The notes beneath the pieces are model-generated. The model saw only the letters and a list, made by a program, of their open reading frames with translations. It searched no databases and was not told the DNA's origin. Made by a program: the position numbers and the translations under genes. 64,000 bases of DNA, taken from positions 34,559 through 98,558 of the forward strand of contig CAMBFD010000001.1 of NCBI GenBank assembly GCA_945865625.1, written 5' to 3'. Below, one piece after another: positions 21,304-30,927 of the stretch. Every line of letters begins with the position of its first letter. Positions within the stretch are counted from its first letter, which is position 1. This DNA is from Chitinophaga pinensis (lineage in GTDB: Bacteria > Bacteroidota > Bacteroidia > NS11-12g > UBA955).

Positions 21304-24291
21304 ATGAGAAAATCTCTGTTTTTCATTTTATTTGTCATTTCTTTCAGGTTAAGCGCACAGCAACATGGAGTTTATCAATACCCGCAAATATATTTTGACC
21401 GTGGGGTAGAATTGTACGAGGAAGGCCGTTTCAATGCCGCTATTTCTCAATTTGATCAATATTTTAGGTCGGTAAGTTCAACCTCGGTCAATACTGATGC
21501 TTCATTTTATTATTCAATGAGTAAATTGAAGGCTGAGCACGAAGATGCCGTTGCAACGGTTGAAAGTTATTTAGATCAAAATCCCAATTCGGTAAAACGA
21601 CCATTGGCGAATTTAGCATTGGGCGATTATTTTTATAAGAAAGAAAAGTATTCTCCGGCTTTAAGCTATTTTAGAAATGTAGATCTAGGTGGTGTTTCTT
21701 TGGAATTGAGAGATCAATTTTTATTTAGAAAAGGATTTTGCCTTGTTTTTACAAAAAAATACAAAGAGGCAAAGGAAACATTGGAGCCAGTGACAAAAAA
21801 CGGTGGTCAGCTCCAAAGTTTATCGAAATATTACTATGGTTATGCTTGCTTAATTGAGAAAGATTATGAAAGTGCATTGATTGCATTTCAATCTATTAAA
21901 GATAAAAAGTTAGAAAAAGTTCGATTTTATATTGCACAGGTGTATTATCAACTTTCGAAATACGATGAAGCAATTTCAGAACTGAATCAAATTCAACCGA
22001 GTTCTAAAATTTCCGTAAAGGAAATTGAATGGCTAAAAGGAAAATGCTTTTTCAGAAAGAAAAACTATGAACAAGCCTCTTTAGCATTTGAGAAATCGCA
22101 AATGAAAGCTGATAAAATGATTGCAGAAGAGCAATTTGAAGTTGGCTATGCTTTTGCAAAATCGAATGACTATAACTCAAGTTTAAGTTGGTTCCGACTG
22201 ATTGCTAAAAACAACGATAGTTTAGCTCAGATTGCAAGCTTTGAATTGGGGAATTCTCTGTTGAAGCTCAAAAACATGAGAGAAGCAATGAATGCCTATT
22301 CTGAGGTTTGGAGAACTGGATTTAATGAGGAAATTGCGGAAGTTGCTTTGTTTACACAAGCAAAATTAGCAGTTCAATTAGGCGAATCAAATAGTACAAC
22401 CCTTTTAGATAAATATATAAAATTATTTCCTAAAACAGCAAATGCAAAAGAAGCCGCTAAATTAAAGGCCCGTTTGCTATTGAATACAGATAAATACAGG
22501 GAGGCTGTTGCAATTTTAGAAGGTATTGAAGACTTAGATGCTCAAACTGAAGAAATTTATCAAAAGGTTACGTTGGCTAGGGGAATGGAACTCTTCAAAA
22601 GCAGAAATTTCGATGCTGCCATTCAATTGTTTGAAAAATGCAACAAGAAAACTGTAAATAAACAATATGCAGCAGAAGCCACTTATTGGCTGGCAGAAGC
22701 CTATATGCAACAAGGCAAATCTGATCAAGCTCAAGTTGCCTATAAGTCGTTTTTAGATATGCCAAACTCAAATAAAATTGACGTCTTCCCTTATGCTTAT
22801 TACGGTTTAGGGTATCTTCAGTTTCTTAAAAAATCTTATGGTGATGCAGCGATTTATTTCAATGAATTTACAACAAAAGTAACTGGATTACGCTACGATG
22901 AACGGTTGGTTCATGATGCCTATCTTAGATTGGGTGATTGTTATATAATGACCCGACAACTGGAAAATTCAGTCAAAGCATATGCGTATGTGTCTGGTAA
23001 AAATGGTGCTGATGCCGATTATGCATTATACCAAAGTGGTATCATTTATGGTTTGCTGGAGAAGTCAGATGAGAAAATTGGTGCCCTCAAACGATTGAAT
23101 AAAAACTATTCTAAATCTAGGTTTACAATAGACGCATATAACGACATTGCTTCAGAATATATGCAAATGAAACGGTTTAAAGATGCCGAAGAGTATTATC
23201 AAAAAATCTTGCGTGAATTCCCTGGCAGCCAATTAACTGCTAAAGCTTACTCAACTTTGGGAAAAATTTACTTCAACGAAAAGAAAATAGATTTATCGAT
23301 TAACGCATATACCCAATTGTACGATAATTTCCAAGGTACAAATGAAGCAAAATCGGCTGCGGAAATGGTGAAAACCATATACACAGATGCCGGAAGGGCA
23401 AAAGATTATGTAAAATGGGCGGCTACTAGAGGTGGGTTGTCTAAAATGGAAGAAGATAGCTTAATGTACGAAACCGCTATGAATGCCTATGAACGCTCTG
23501 ATTTTGAGGTTGCTGTAAAAAGCTTTGATAGCTATTTGCAAGAAATGCAAAATGGAAATTTTGTAATTTCTGCCCACTATTATAAAGCCTTAACACATGA
23601 ATCATTGAAGCAACCCCAAAAAGCAATTGAATCATACCAATTTGTGGCAAAAGCAAATTCTGGTGAATTCAAAGAGGATGCTACTTTGTCGGTGCTCAGA
23701 ATTTATGGCAACAATGCCACTTGTGATGAAATTTTACCATATGTGGAAATTCTTGAACAAATTACCAAATCAAAAGACATTCAACGCAGAGCATGGAAGT
23801 CTTTGATGTATTGCTATTCAAAGTCTAATAATTCTGAGGGACTTAAAGCCGTAGCAACCAAAGTTATGGATGATAATTCATCAGACGAAGACATGAAATT
23901 TGAGTCGAAAATGATCTTGGCGAAAGCGGATATTGCAAGTGGCGACAGACCAAAGGCGTTTGCATCATTAAAAGCCATTTATGATGCAAATACCAATCGT
24001 TTTGCGGCAGAGGCAAAGTACCTAGAATCTGAACTTTATTTGATGATTGATAGCATTGAAGCTTGTAAAAATGGATGTTATTCAGTGCTTGATTTATTTA
24101 ATGGGTATGATTTATGGGTTGGTAAATCCTTATTATTACTCGGAGATGCCTTTGCCAAAGAGAATGATATGTTCAATGCAAAAGTTACATGGAATACAAT
24201 CATTGAAAGCTTCGCAGATAAAGCCCTATTGGCGGAAGCAAAAAAGCGTATCAAAGATAATCAGTTAGATGTGCCGGAAAAGAAAAAGTAA
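21304..24291 (+). CDS. large periplasmic tetratricopeptide-repeat protein
   Basis: Signal peptide (MRKSLF..LSA) followed by many TPR units. TACATTTG at 21291-21298 supports ATG 21304. Confidence 0.85.
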   Translation: MRKSLFFILFVISFRLSAQQHGVYQYPQIYFDRGVELYEEGRFNAAISQFDQYFRSVSSTSVNTDASFYYSMSKLKAEHEDAVATVESYLDQNPNSVKRPLANLALGDYFYKKEKYSPALSYFRNVDLGGVSLELRDQFLFRKGFCLVFTKKYKEAKETLEPVTKNGGQLQSLSKYYYGYACLIEKDYESALIAFQSIKDKKLEKVRFYIAQVYYQLSKYDEAISELNQIQPSSKISVKEIEWLKGKCFFRKKNYEQASLAFEKSQMKADKMIAEEQFEVGYAFAKSNDYNSSLSWFRLIAKNNDSLAQIASFELGNSLLKLKNMREAMNAYSEVWRTGFNEEIAEVALFTQAKLAVQLGESNSTTLLDKYIKLFPKTANAKEAAKLKARLLLNTDKYREAVAILEGIEDLDAQTEEIYQKVTLARGMELFKSRNFDAAIQLFEKCNKKTVNKQYAAEATYWLAEAYMQQGKSDQAQVAYKSFLDMPNSNKIDVFPYAYYGLGYLQFLKKSYGDAAIYFNEFTTKVTGLRYDERLVHDAYLRLGDCYIMTRQLENSVKAYAYVSGKNGADADYALYQSGIIYGLLEKSDEKIGALKRLNKNYSKSRFTIDAYNDIASEYMQMKRFKDAEEYYQKILREFPGSQLTAKAYSTLGKIYFNEKKIDLSINAYTQLYDNFQGTNEAKSAAEMVKTIYTDAGRAKDYVKWAATRGGLSKMEEDSLMYETAMNAYERSDFEVAVKSFDSYLQEMQNGNFVISAHYYKALTHESLKQPQKAIESYQFVAKANSGEFKEDATLSVLRIYGNNATCDEILPYVEILEQITKSKDIQRRAWKSLMYCYSKSNNSEGLKAVATKVMDDNSSDEDMKFESKMILAKADIASGDRPKAFASLKAIYDANTNRFAAEAKYLESELYLMIDSIEACKNGCYSVLDLFNGYDLWVGKSLLLLGDAFAKENDMFNAKVTWNTIIESFADKALLAEAKKRIKDNQLDVPEKKK

Positions 24292-24317
24292 GTAGTTATT
24301 GTTTCATAGTTGTTATT

Positions 24318-24350
24318 GGGGCGAAAAGGTAGTTTTTTTTCGCCCTTCTT
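24318..24350 (+). terminator. Rho-independent terminator after the TPR gene
   Basis: gggcgaaaa...ttttcgccc stem followed by ttcttattt. Confidence 0.7.
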
Positions 24351-24362
24351 ATTTATTCTGGA

Positions 24363-24598
24363 TTATCTGTTTATTGGTACTCGGAGTTCACTAAACCTCA
24401 TAAAACTATTTAATGTTTAGCGTTTAGCGTTTAATGTTTAGCGTTTAATGTTTAGCGTTTAATGTTTAGCGTTTAATGTAATTTACCTGTTTACTGGTAC
24501 TTGGAGTTCACTAAACCTCCTAAACCTATTTAAAGTTTAGCGTTTAATGTTTAATGTTTAAAGTAATACTGGTACTCGGAGTTCACTAAACCTCCTAA
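24363..24598. repeat. composite repeat: three copies of a 25-bp core separated by heptamer tandem arrays
   Basis: Core tggtactYggagttcactaaacctc at 24375-24399, 24495-24519 and 24570-24594. Ten tttaatg/tttagcg units at 24409-24478 and five units (including tttaaag) at 24529-24563. Confidence 0.95.
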
Positions 24599-24644
24599 GA
24601 GTTTATAGTAATAATGCCAAAATAGAACCTTTATAAACCCTTAT

Positions 24645-24688
24645 AAACAAAAAAAAAGGTGCAAATTTCTTTGCACCTTTTTTTGTTT
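24645..24688. terminator. bidirectional Rho-independent terminator
   Basis: aaacaaaaaaaaaggtgcaaa..tttgcacctttttttgttt long inverted repeat. Confidence 0.85.
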
Positions 24689-24697
24689 AAATTTTGT

Positions 24698-25603
24698 TTA
24701 TTTCAAATCAATTACAGATGATCCCAATAAATAACCTTCTGTAAATAATTCAATCGTGTATTTACCTTTAGTCAATTTATTTGTAGGCTTCCATACTGTT
24801 GCTGGAACTTGTTTACTATCTTTTTCGTAAACCACAGTTGTTTTATAAGAATACTTTGTTGATTTACCATCTAGTAAATCAGCAATTCCACCGTCACCAC
24901 TATTTAAAGTAATTCCTTCTGGTCCAGTGATTTTAACGAATATTGATCTTTCTCCGGCCTCAGCTATTTTATTTTCAGCTAAATTAAAACTGATTCTCAA
25001 TGCTTCAACGTCTTTTGCGCGATTGGTATTGGTTTCTTTTCGAGTAATCCATTGTTTCTTCAAAGTTTCAACTCTGATTTCACTACTTTGAATTCTGGAT
25101 GCTAAATTTTTCATACGTTTACCTTCTTTCGAAAGAACATTGTTTTGCGTATTTAACTCAGCATTTTCTTTATTTAGGTTTTCATTTTTCTCTTTCAATT
25201 CAATATTCTCTGTTTCAAGTGCTGCAAGTCTTTTTGCCATATCGGCAAGTTTTAACTGCAGTTCAGCCATTATTGCTTTACTATTTGTACCCGATTTGCG
25301 TAACTCAAAAGTTAAACGTGCAATTTCATTGTTTTTAGCTGCCAGTTCTCTTGATACTGATTTGTTGGCTTCAGACATTGTTACACTGTCGGATTTGTAT
25401 TGAGATATCATGGCATCTGCGGCAGCGATCATGGATTCCTTTTGTTTAATTGTTGCACCCAGAGCACTATTTACATTCGTTAATTCATCTCTTTTTGAAT
25501 TGCCCGATTGCCATAAATAAAAAAGTCCAATGTTAAACAACAATAAAATTGCGATAATGGCATACAATATTGATTTGTTGTTGCGATCTTGTTGATTTTG
25601 CAT
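24698..25603 (-). CDS. membrane-anchored coiled-coil protein with C-terminal beta-sandwich-like domain
   Basis: N-terminal TM helix, long heptad region, beta-rich C-terminus (KGKYTIELF). Confidence 0.65.
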   Translation of the reverse strand: MQNQQDRNNKSILYAIIAILLLFNIGLFYLWQSGNSKRDELTNVNSALGATIKQKESMIAAADAMISQYKSDSVTMSEANKSVSRELAAKNNEIARLTFELRKSGTNSKAIMAELQLKLADMAKRLAALETENIELKEKNENLNKENAELNTQNNVLSKEGKRMKNLASRIQSSEIRVETLKKQWITRKETNTNRAKDVEALRISFNLAENKIAEAGERSIFVKITGPEGITLNSGDGGIADLLDGKSTKYSYKTTVVYEKDSKQVPATVWKPTNKLTKGKYTIELFTEGYLLGSSVIDLK

Positions 25604-25670
25604 AGTAAATTAGTTTAGTTTGTTTAAATCGTTATTAAAATAACGTAAATTTACAGACTTTATTTGAAAA

Positions 25671-26216
25671 ATGCAAATTGAATCATTACTACCAGGATTA
25701 TTTTTAATTAAACCTAAAGTTTTCGAAGATCACAGAGGACATTTTTTTGAAAGTTTTAGGGAAGATGTTTTAGCCCAAAATGGGGTTGAAACAAAATTCA
25801 TTCAAGACAATCAAAGCCTTTCTCAAAAAGGAATTTTGCGTGGTTTACATTTTCAAGCGCCACCTTTTGCGCAAGGTAAATTGGTGCGTGTCATTCAAGG
25901 TGCAGTACTCGATGTTGCAGTTGATATTCGTAAAAATTCACCAACATTTGGACAACATGTGGCAATCGAATTGTCTGAATCAAATTTTTTGATGATGTAC
26001 ATTCCTGTTGGATTTGCTCATGGATTTTTAACGCTTCAAGACAATACCATTTTTACTTATAAATGCACCGATTATTATCATCCCGAAGTTGAAGGTGGAA
26101 TTTTATGGAATTCGCCAGATTTAAATATACCCTGGAAGATCGAAACCCCAATCCTTTCCGCTAAAGATGAAAAATTGCCGACATTCAAATCATTTAATTC
26201 TCCTTTCGAATTCTAA
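25671..26216 (+). CDS. rfbC: dTDP-4-dehydrorhamnose 3,5-epimerase
   Basis: DHRGHFFE, QDNQS, LRGLHFQ, QGKLVR, VAVDIR, GFAHGF, LSAKD. Confidence 0.95.
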   Translation: MQIESLLPGLFLIKPKVFEDHRGHFFESFREDVLAQNGVETKFIQDNQSLSQKGILRGLHFQAPPFAQGKLVRVIQGAVLDVAVDIRKNSPTFGQHVAIELSESNFLMMYIPVGFAHGFLTLQDNTIFTYKCTDYYHPEVEGGILWNSPDLNIPWKIETPILSAKDEKLPTFKSFNSPFEF

Positions 26217-26219
26217 ACG

Positions 26220-26555
26220 ATGAACGATTTAACCATATCTCAGTTGCAAACAGATGTTGATCAATGGATTAAAACCATTGGTGTGAAATATTTTTCAGAG
26301 TTAACCAACATGACAATTTTAACTGAAGAAGTTGGTGAACTTGCTAGAATCATGGCTCGGAAATATGGAGATCAATCTTTTAAAGTCAATGAATCTGATG
26401 CCAATCTTGCCGATGAAATGGCAGATATCATTTGGGTCCTGGTTTGTTTGGCCAATCAAACCGGTGTCGATTTAACCAAAGCAATTCAAGAAAATATTGA
26501 AAAGAAATCGGTTCGCGATGCAACACGACACTTAAATAATGAAAAATTGAGATAA
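26220..26555 (+). CDS. MazG-like nucleotide pyrophosphohydrolase
   Basis: LTEEVGELAR..DEMAD..LANQTGVDL. Confidence 0.88.
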   Translation: MNDLTISQLQTDVDQWIKTIGVKYFSELTNMTILTEEVGELARIMARKYGDQSFKVNESDANLADEMADIIWVLVCLANQTGVDLTKAIQENIEKKSVRDATRHLNNEKLR

Positions 26556-26608
26556 TTGGTGGGTTAAAAAAACAATCTGCCATTATTTTTTGTTAATTTT
26601 GTAAAACT

Positions 26609-27616
26609 TTGTCTGACCAATCGTTACACGCTCGAAAATTAGACCACATTCAGTTGGCTTTTCAATCTCAGCTTGCTGAACAAGATTCTCGTTTTTATTA
26701 CGAACCCTTATTTTCACCTTCGCCAATCACTGGCTGCATTCCTCCTTTGCAATTGGCTGGTAAAGTGTTGCGCTTCCCTTTGTGGATTAGCAGCATGACA
26801 GGCGGTGCGGAATTGGCAGGGGAAATCAATAAAAACTTGGCAATTGCTTGCAGAGAATTTGGTTTGGGAATGGGCCTTGGCTCTTGCCGACCGGTACTCG
26901 TAGATCCAGTGAATGCAAAAGATTTTGCTGTGCGCAAATTCATAGGCAATCAACCGCTATACGCCAACCTTGGAATTGCTCAAATTGAAGAATTGCTTCA
27001 AACAAATGATGAACAGAAAATTGCAGATTTGGTTGATCGGTTAGAGGCTGATGGACTTATCATCCATGTCAATCCATTGCAAGAATGGTTTCAACCCGAA
27101 GGCGATCAGTATAAAAACGCTCCTATCGATACCATAAAAAGGGTTTTGGATAAATTCCATTTTCCAATTATGGTGAAAGAGGTTGGTCAAGGATTTGGTC
27201 CTAAGTCCCTCAAAGAATTGATGAGACTTCCTTTAGAAGCAGTTGATTTTGGTGCTTTTGGAGGGACAAATTTTAGCGTTTTGGAAAACTTACGTCGCTC
27301 AGACGTAAGAACTGAATCTTGGAAATGTGCAACCCACTTAGGACATACTGCGGAGGAAATGGCGCACTGGGTTTGTGATTGGCTAAATGCCGATGAAGAA
27401 GTATTTAAATCGAAATCCATTATTGTTTCAGGTGGCATTAAAAACTTTTTGGATGGATATTATTTCTTGAAAAAAATCCCTCATAAAACAATGTATGCTC
27501 ATGCTTCATTGTTCTTAAAATATGCCCTTTTGGGAGAACAAGAACTACTCGCTTTTGTAGAAAGCCAAGTTCAGGGACTTGAAATGGCGCAAACCTATTT
27601 AACATTAAAAAAATGA
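26609..27616 (+). CDS. fni: type 2 isopentenyl-diphosphate delta-isomerase (FMN-dependent)
   Basis: RKLDHI, ISSMTGG, MGLGS, NLG, HVNPLQEWFQPEGD, KEVGQG, GGTNF, SGGI. Confidence 0.92.
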   Translation: MSDQSLHARKLDHIQLAFQSQLAEQDSRFYYEPLFSPSPITGCIPPLQLAGKVLRFPLWISSMTGGAELAGEINKNLAIACREFGLGMGLGSCRPVLVDPVNAKDFAVRKFIGNQPLYANLGIAQIEELLQTNDEQKIADLVDRLEADGLIIHVNPLQEWFQPEGDQYKNAPIDTIKRVLDKFHFPIMVKEVGQGFGPKSLKELMRLPLEAVDFGAFGGTNFSVLENLRRSDVRTESWKCATHLGHTAEEMAHWVCDWLNADEEVFKSKSIIVSGGIKNFLDGYYFLKKIPHKTMYAHASLFLKYALLGEQELLAFVESQVQGLEMAQTYLTLKK

Positions 27617-28962
27617 TGAAAACCCAACCTGTGAAAGGATTTAGTAAATTAAGCAAGGAAGCGAAAATTGAGTGGTTAATTCAAAACTTTACCAATCAAC
27701 CAGATGAAACCATGCAAATGCTCACTGGTTATTGGCATGGGCAGCCCGAAGTTCAAAAGCTTCATGATGAATTTATTGAAAATACAATTAGTAATTTTTA
27801 CATGCCTTTTGGTGTCGCGCCAAACTTTCTAATCAACCAAAAAATGTATGCCATTCCTATGGCAATAGAAGAAAGTAGTGTCGTTGCTGCCGCTTCTAAA
27901 TCTGCTAACTTTTGGCTAGATAGAGGTGGTTTCAAATCAGAAGTCATTGGTATGGTTAAAGTTGGGCATGTTCATTTTTTATGGGAAGGAAATGAAATTG
28001 AGTGGATGTTTGATTTGTTTGAAAGCCATAAAAATTTGTTTTACGATCATACAAATGACATCACAAAGAATATGCGACTCCGTGGAGGAGGCATTTTGGA
28101 CTTGAATCTGATTGATAAAACTGAATTTGAACCGGGTTATTTTCAAATTGAAGTCAAATTTGATACCCGCGATAGTATGGGTGCAAATTTTATCAATAGT
28201 TGCCTTGAAGAAATTGCAAAAACTTGGAGAAATTTGATTGAAGAGAGTAAATCGAAAATTCAACCAGATGTAATCATTGTGATGAGCATTCTCAGTAATT
28301 TCACACCGGAATGTTTGGTTAAAGCCGAGGTTTCTTGTAAAATTGACGATATTAATGAAGGTTCGGGGATTGGGAATCTTGAGTTTGCTGAGAAATTCTG
28401 CAGGGCCATTAGAATTGCCACAGTTGAACCATATAGAGCTGTTACGCACAATAAGGGTATCATGAATGGAATTGATGCCGTGATTATGGCAACCGGTAAT
28501 GATTTTCGTGCAACTGAGGCATGTGCTCATGCTTATGCCGCAAAAAATGGAAAATATACGAGTTTGTCGCACGCTGCAATTGATGGCGATACTTTTAATT
28601 TTTGGATCGAATTGCCCATTTCAATTGGCACAGTTGGTGGAATTACCAACTTACATCCAATGGTTAAGTTCGCACATGAACTTCTTGGTTATCCCGGTGC
28701 CTCAGATTTAATGGAAATTGTTGCTGTTGCAGGATTGGCGCAAAATTTTAGCGCGGTGAGATCTTTAATTACTTCAGGAATTCAAAAAGGACACATGAAA
28801 ATGCACCTTTTGAACATTTTAAATCAATTAGAAGCGACCGATGCCGAAAAGATTGAAATTGTAAGCTATTTTAAAGATAAAGTGGTGAGCTTCAGTTCTG
28901 CTGTTGAAGTTTTCTGTAAACTTCGCGGAATTCCAGTAGAATCTTTGTCGAAATCTAAATAA
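27613..28962 (+). CDS. mvaA: class II HMG-CoA reductase
   Basis: IENTI, PMAIEESSVVAAAS, DSMGAN, RAVTHNKGIMNGIDA, GLAQN, GIQKGHMKMH. Confidence 0.95.
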   Translation: MMKTQPVKGFSKLSKEAKIEWLIQNFTNQPDETMQMLTGYWHGQPEVQKLHDEFIENTISNFYMPFGVAPNFLINQKMYAIPMAIEESSVVAAASKSANFWLDRGGFKSEVIGMVKVGHVHFLWEGNEIEWMFDLFESHKNLFYDHTNDITKNMRLRGGGILDLNLIDKTEFEPGYFQIEVKFDTRDSMGANFINSCLEEIAKTWRNLIEESKSKIQPDVIIVMSILSNFTPECLVKAEVSCKIDDINEGSGIGNLEFAEKFCRAIRIATVEPYRAVTHNKGIMNGIDAVIMATGNDFRATEACAHAYAAKNGKYTSLSHAAIDGDTFNFWIELPISIGTVGGITNLHPMVKFAHELLGYPGASDLMEIVAVAGLAQNFSAVRSLITSGIQKGHMKMHLLNILNQLEATDAEKIEIVSYFKDKVVSFSSAVEVFCKLRGIPVESLSKSK

Positions 28963-29897
28963 TGAAATCCTTTTACGCTCCAGGAAAAGTTTTACTGACG
29001 GGTGAATACTTAGTGCTTAATGGATTTGATGCCATTGCCTTACCCACAAATATTGGACAAACTTTGAACACTTGGGAGTTTGATACACCAGGACAACAAG
29101 AAGATTTTATGATTTTTGAAGCTAAAGATCATTTGGGGGACATTTGGCTCACAACCAGATTTTCGCTGCCCAATTTTGAAATTTTAGAAATCGATAAAAA
29201 AGAAAATCTTGAACTCGATAGACTTGCCGGGATTTTCAAAAAAGCAGATCCTGCATTTTGGAAATTAGGAAAATCTTTGCGTTTGGAAACCAATTTGCAA
29301 TTCAATCGCGTTCACGGGTTAGGAAGCAGTAGCACTTTAGTGACATTGCTTTCTGATTATATGAATCTCGATGCATTGCAAGTTCAGTTCGATATATTTA
29401 GCGGTAGCGGCTATGATGTGGCCATTGCTAAAAGTCGTAAACCTTTGGTCTATTGGTTAACTGAAACCGATTCGAATTGGAACTTTTGGTCGTTAAACCC
29501 AGAGCTTACAAAAAATTGGACGATTGTGTTTTACGGTCAAAAAATGGATTCAAGAGCAAGCATTAAAAATGTTCAAGACGCTCTCAATGAAATTGCTGAA
29601 GATGAGTTTTATACAGCGCAAATTGATCATATTCTGAATCTTACTAAATCGGCAAAAGATGTTCTCAGCTTGGAAGCAAGTTTAGAAATGTATCAAAAAA
29701 TATTGTCACAATCTCTTGAATTGCCAACCCCTTACGATGTTTTGGAAATTGAGCCAATTGCTCAAGGACTTTGCAAATGGTTGGGAGCGTGGGGTGGAGA
29801 TATGATTTTAGTTAACGATATAGTGCTAGAAGCTTACAATTCTAAATTTGAAAAATTTGAAAAAGTAGGTTGGAATCAATTGGTAATGAATCAATAA
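28962..29897 (+). CDS. GHMP kinase, GYDIA family; probable phosphomevalonate kinase
   Basis: GKVLLTGEY, GLGSSST, GSGYDVA, KWLGAWGGD; lies between hmgR and mvd. Confidence 0.78.
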   Translation: MKSFYAPGKVLLTGEYLVLNGFDAIALPTNIGQTLNTWEFDTPGQQEDFMIFEAKDHLGDIWLTTRFSLPNFEILEIDKKENLELDRLAGIFKKADPAFWKLGKSLRLETNLQFNRVHGLGSSSTLVTLLSDYMNLDALQVQFDIFSGSGYDVAIAKSRKPLVYWLTETDSNWNFWSLNPELTKNWTIVFYGQKMDSRASIKNVQDALNEIAEDEFYTAQIDHILNLTKSAKDVLSLEASLEMYQKILSQSLELPTPYDVLEIEPIAQGLCKWLGAWGGDMILVNDIVLEAYNSKFEKFEKVGWNQLVMNQ

Positions 29898-29898
29898 A

Positions 29899-30927
29899 AT
29901 GCAGAAAGTTGTAAAATATCGTTGTCCAAGCAACATTGCTTTGGTCAAATATTGGGGGAAAAAAGATGGCGGTGTTCAACTGCCAGCCAATGCAAGTATC
30001 AGTTGGTCGTTAAGTGATTTATTCGCCGAAACAACCATGATTGCCACTCCTGCAATTCAAACCCAATTGGAATTCAAATACGATGGGAATCCAAAACCGT
30101 CGTTTGAGCCCAAAATACTTGATTTTTTGAATAGAATTGCACCTTTTAGCGATTTTATAAAGCAACATTCGTTCGAGGTTGACACCATCAATAACTTTCC
30201 TCATGGAACTGGTATTGCCAGTTCTGCTGCCGGGTTTGGTGCGTTAGCGCTTTGCATTGCCGATCTCGAGGGTAAATATGAAGTTGGATCAGATGAATTT
30301 TACCAACGCGCAAGTTTCTTTGCCAGACTGGGCTCTGGAAGTGCCTGCAGAAGTGTATACAGTAAACCCGCAATTTGGGGTGAACACCCAGAGGTTGAAA
30401 ATAGTTCCGATTTATTTGCCGTTCCTTTTGAGGGACAAATTCACGAATCGCTTCAAAACTGGAATGATTGTGTATTGATTGTAGACGATGGCGAGAAAAA
30501 GGTAAGCAGTACAGCTGGTCATTCCTTGTTGAAAAACCACCCTTATGCAGAAGCCCGATTTAAGCAAGCTCAAAAAAACATCGGAAATATTTTGCAATAT
30601 ATGCAAAATGGAAATGTATCTGATTTTATCGCTTTGGTAGAATCTGAAGCTTTGCAATTGCATTCTATGATGATGTCGTCTATTCCATATTTCACCCTCA
30701 TTAGACCAGGTACTTTAGCCATATTGGAGGAAATTTGGACATTTAGAGAAGAAACAAATTTACCTATTGCTTTCACGCTTGACGCAGGCGCAAACGTTCA
30801 TTTGCTCTATTCAAATGAAATAGAGGAGCAAGTCATAAACTTTATTCATAATAAGTTGTTAGTTAACTGTAAAAAAGGTTTGTATCTTTGCAGTAGCATA
30901 GGAGGAAAGCCTCTAAAACTATCTTAA
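29899..30927 (+). CDS. mvaD: diphosphomevalonate decarboxylase
   Basis: SNIALVKYWGK, GIASSAAG, ARLGSGSACRS, TLDAGANVH. Confidence 0.92.
   Translation: MQKVVKYRCPSNIALVKYWGKKDGGVQLPANASISWSLSDLFAETTMIATPAIQTQLEFKYDGNPKPSFEPKILDFLNRIAPFSDFIKQHSFEVDTINNFPHGTGIASSAAGFGALALCIADLEGKYEVGSDEFYQRASFFARLGSGSACRSVYSKPAIWGEHPEVENSSDLFAVPFEGQIHESLQNWNDCVLIVDDGEKKVSSTAGHSLLKNHPYAEARFKQAQKNIGNILQYMQNGNVSDFIALVESEALQLHSMMMSSIPYFTLIRPGTLAILEEIWTFREETNLPIAFTLDAGANVHLLYSNEIEEQVINFIHNKLLVNCKKGLYLCSSIGGKPLKLS

Noticed and set aside
24363..24598. CRISPR array
   Set aside because: The spacers are themselves heptamer repeats of unequal length, and no cas gene or leader is visible. Reported as a composite repeat instead.
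27979..28572. 197-aa minus-strand ORF, and the many other 60-145 aa overlapping ORFs in the track
   Set aside because: They lie antisense or out of frame within well-recognised genes and have no motifs of their own.
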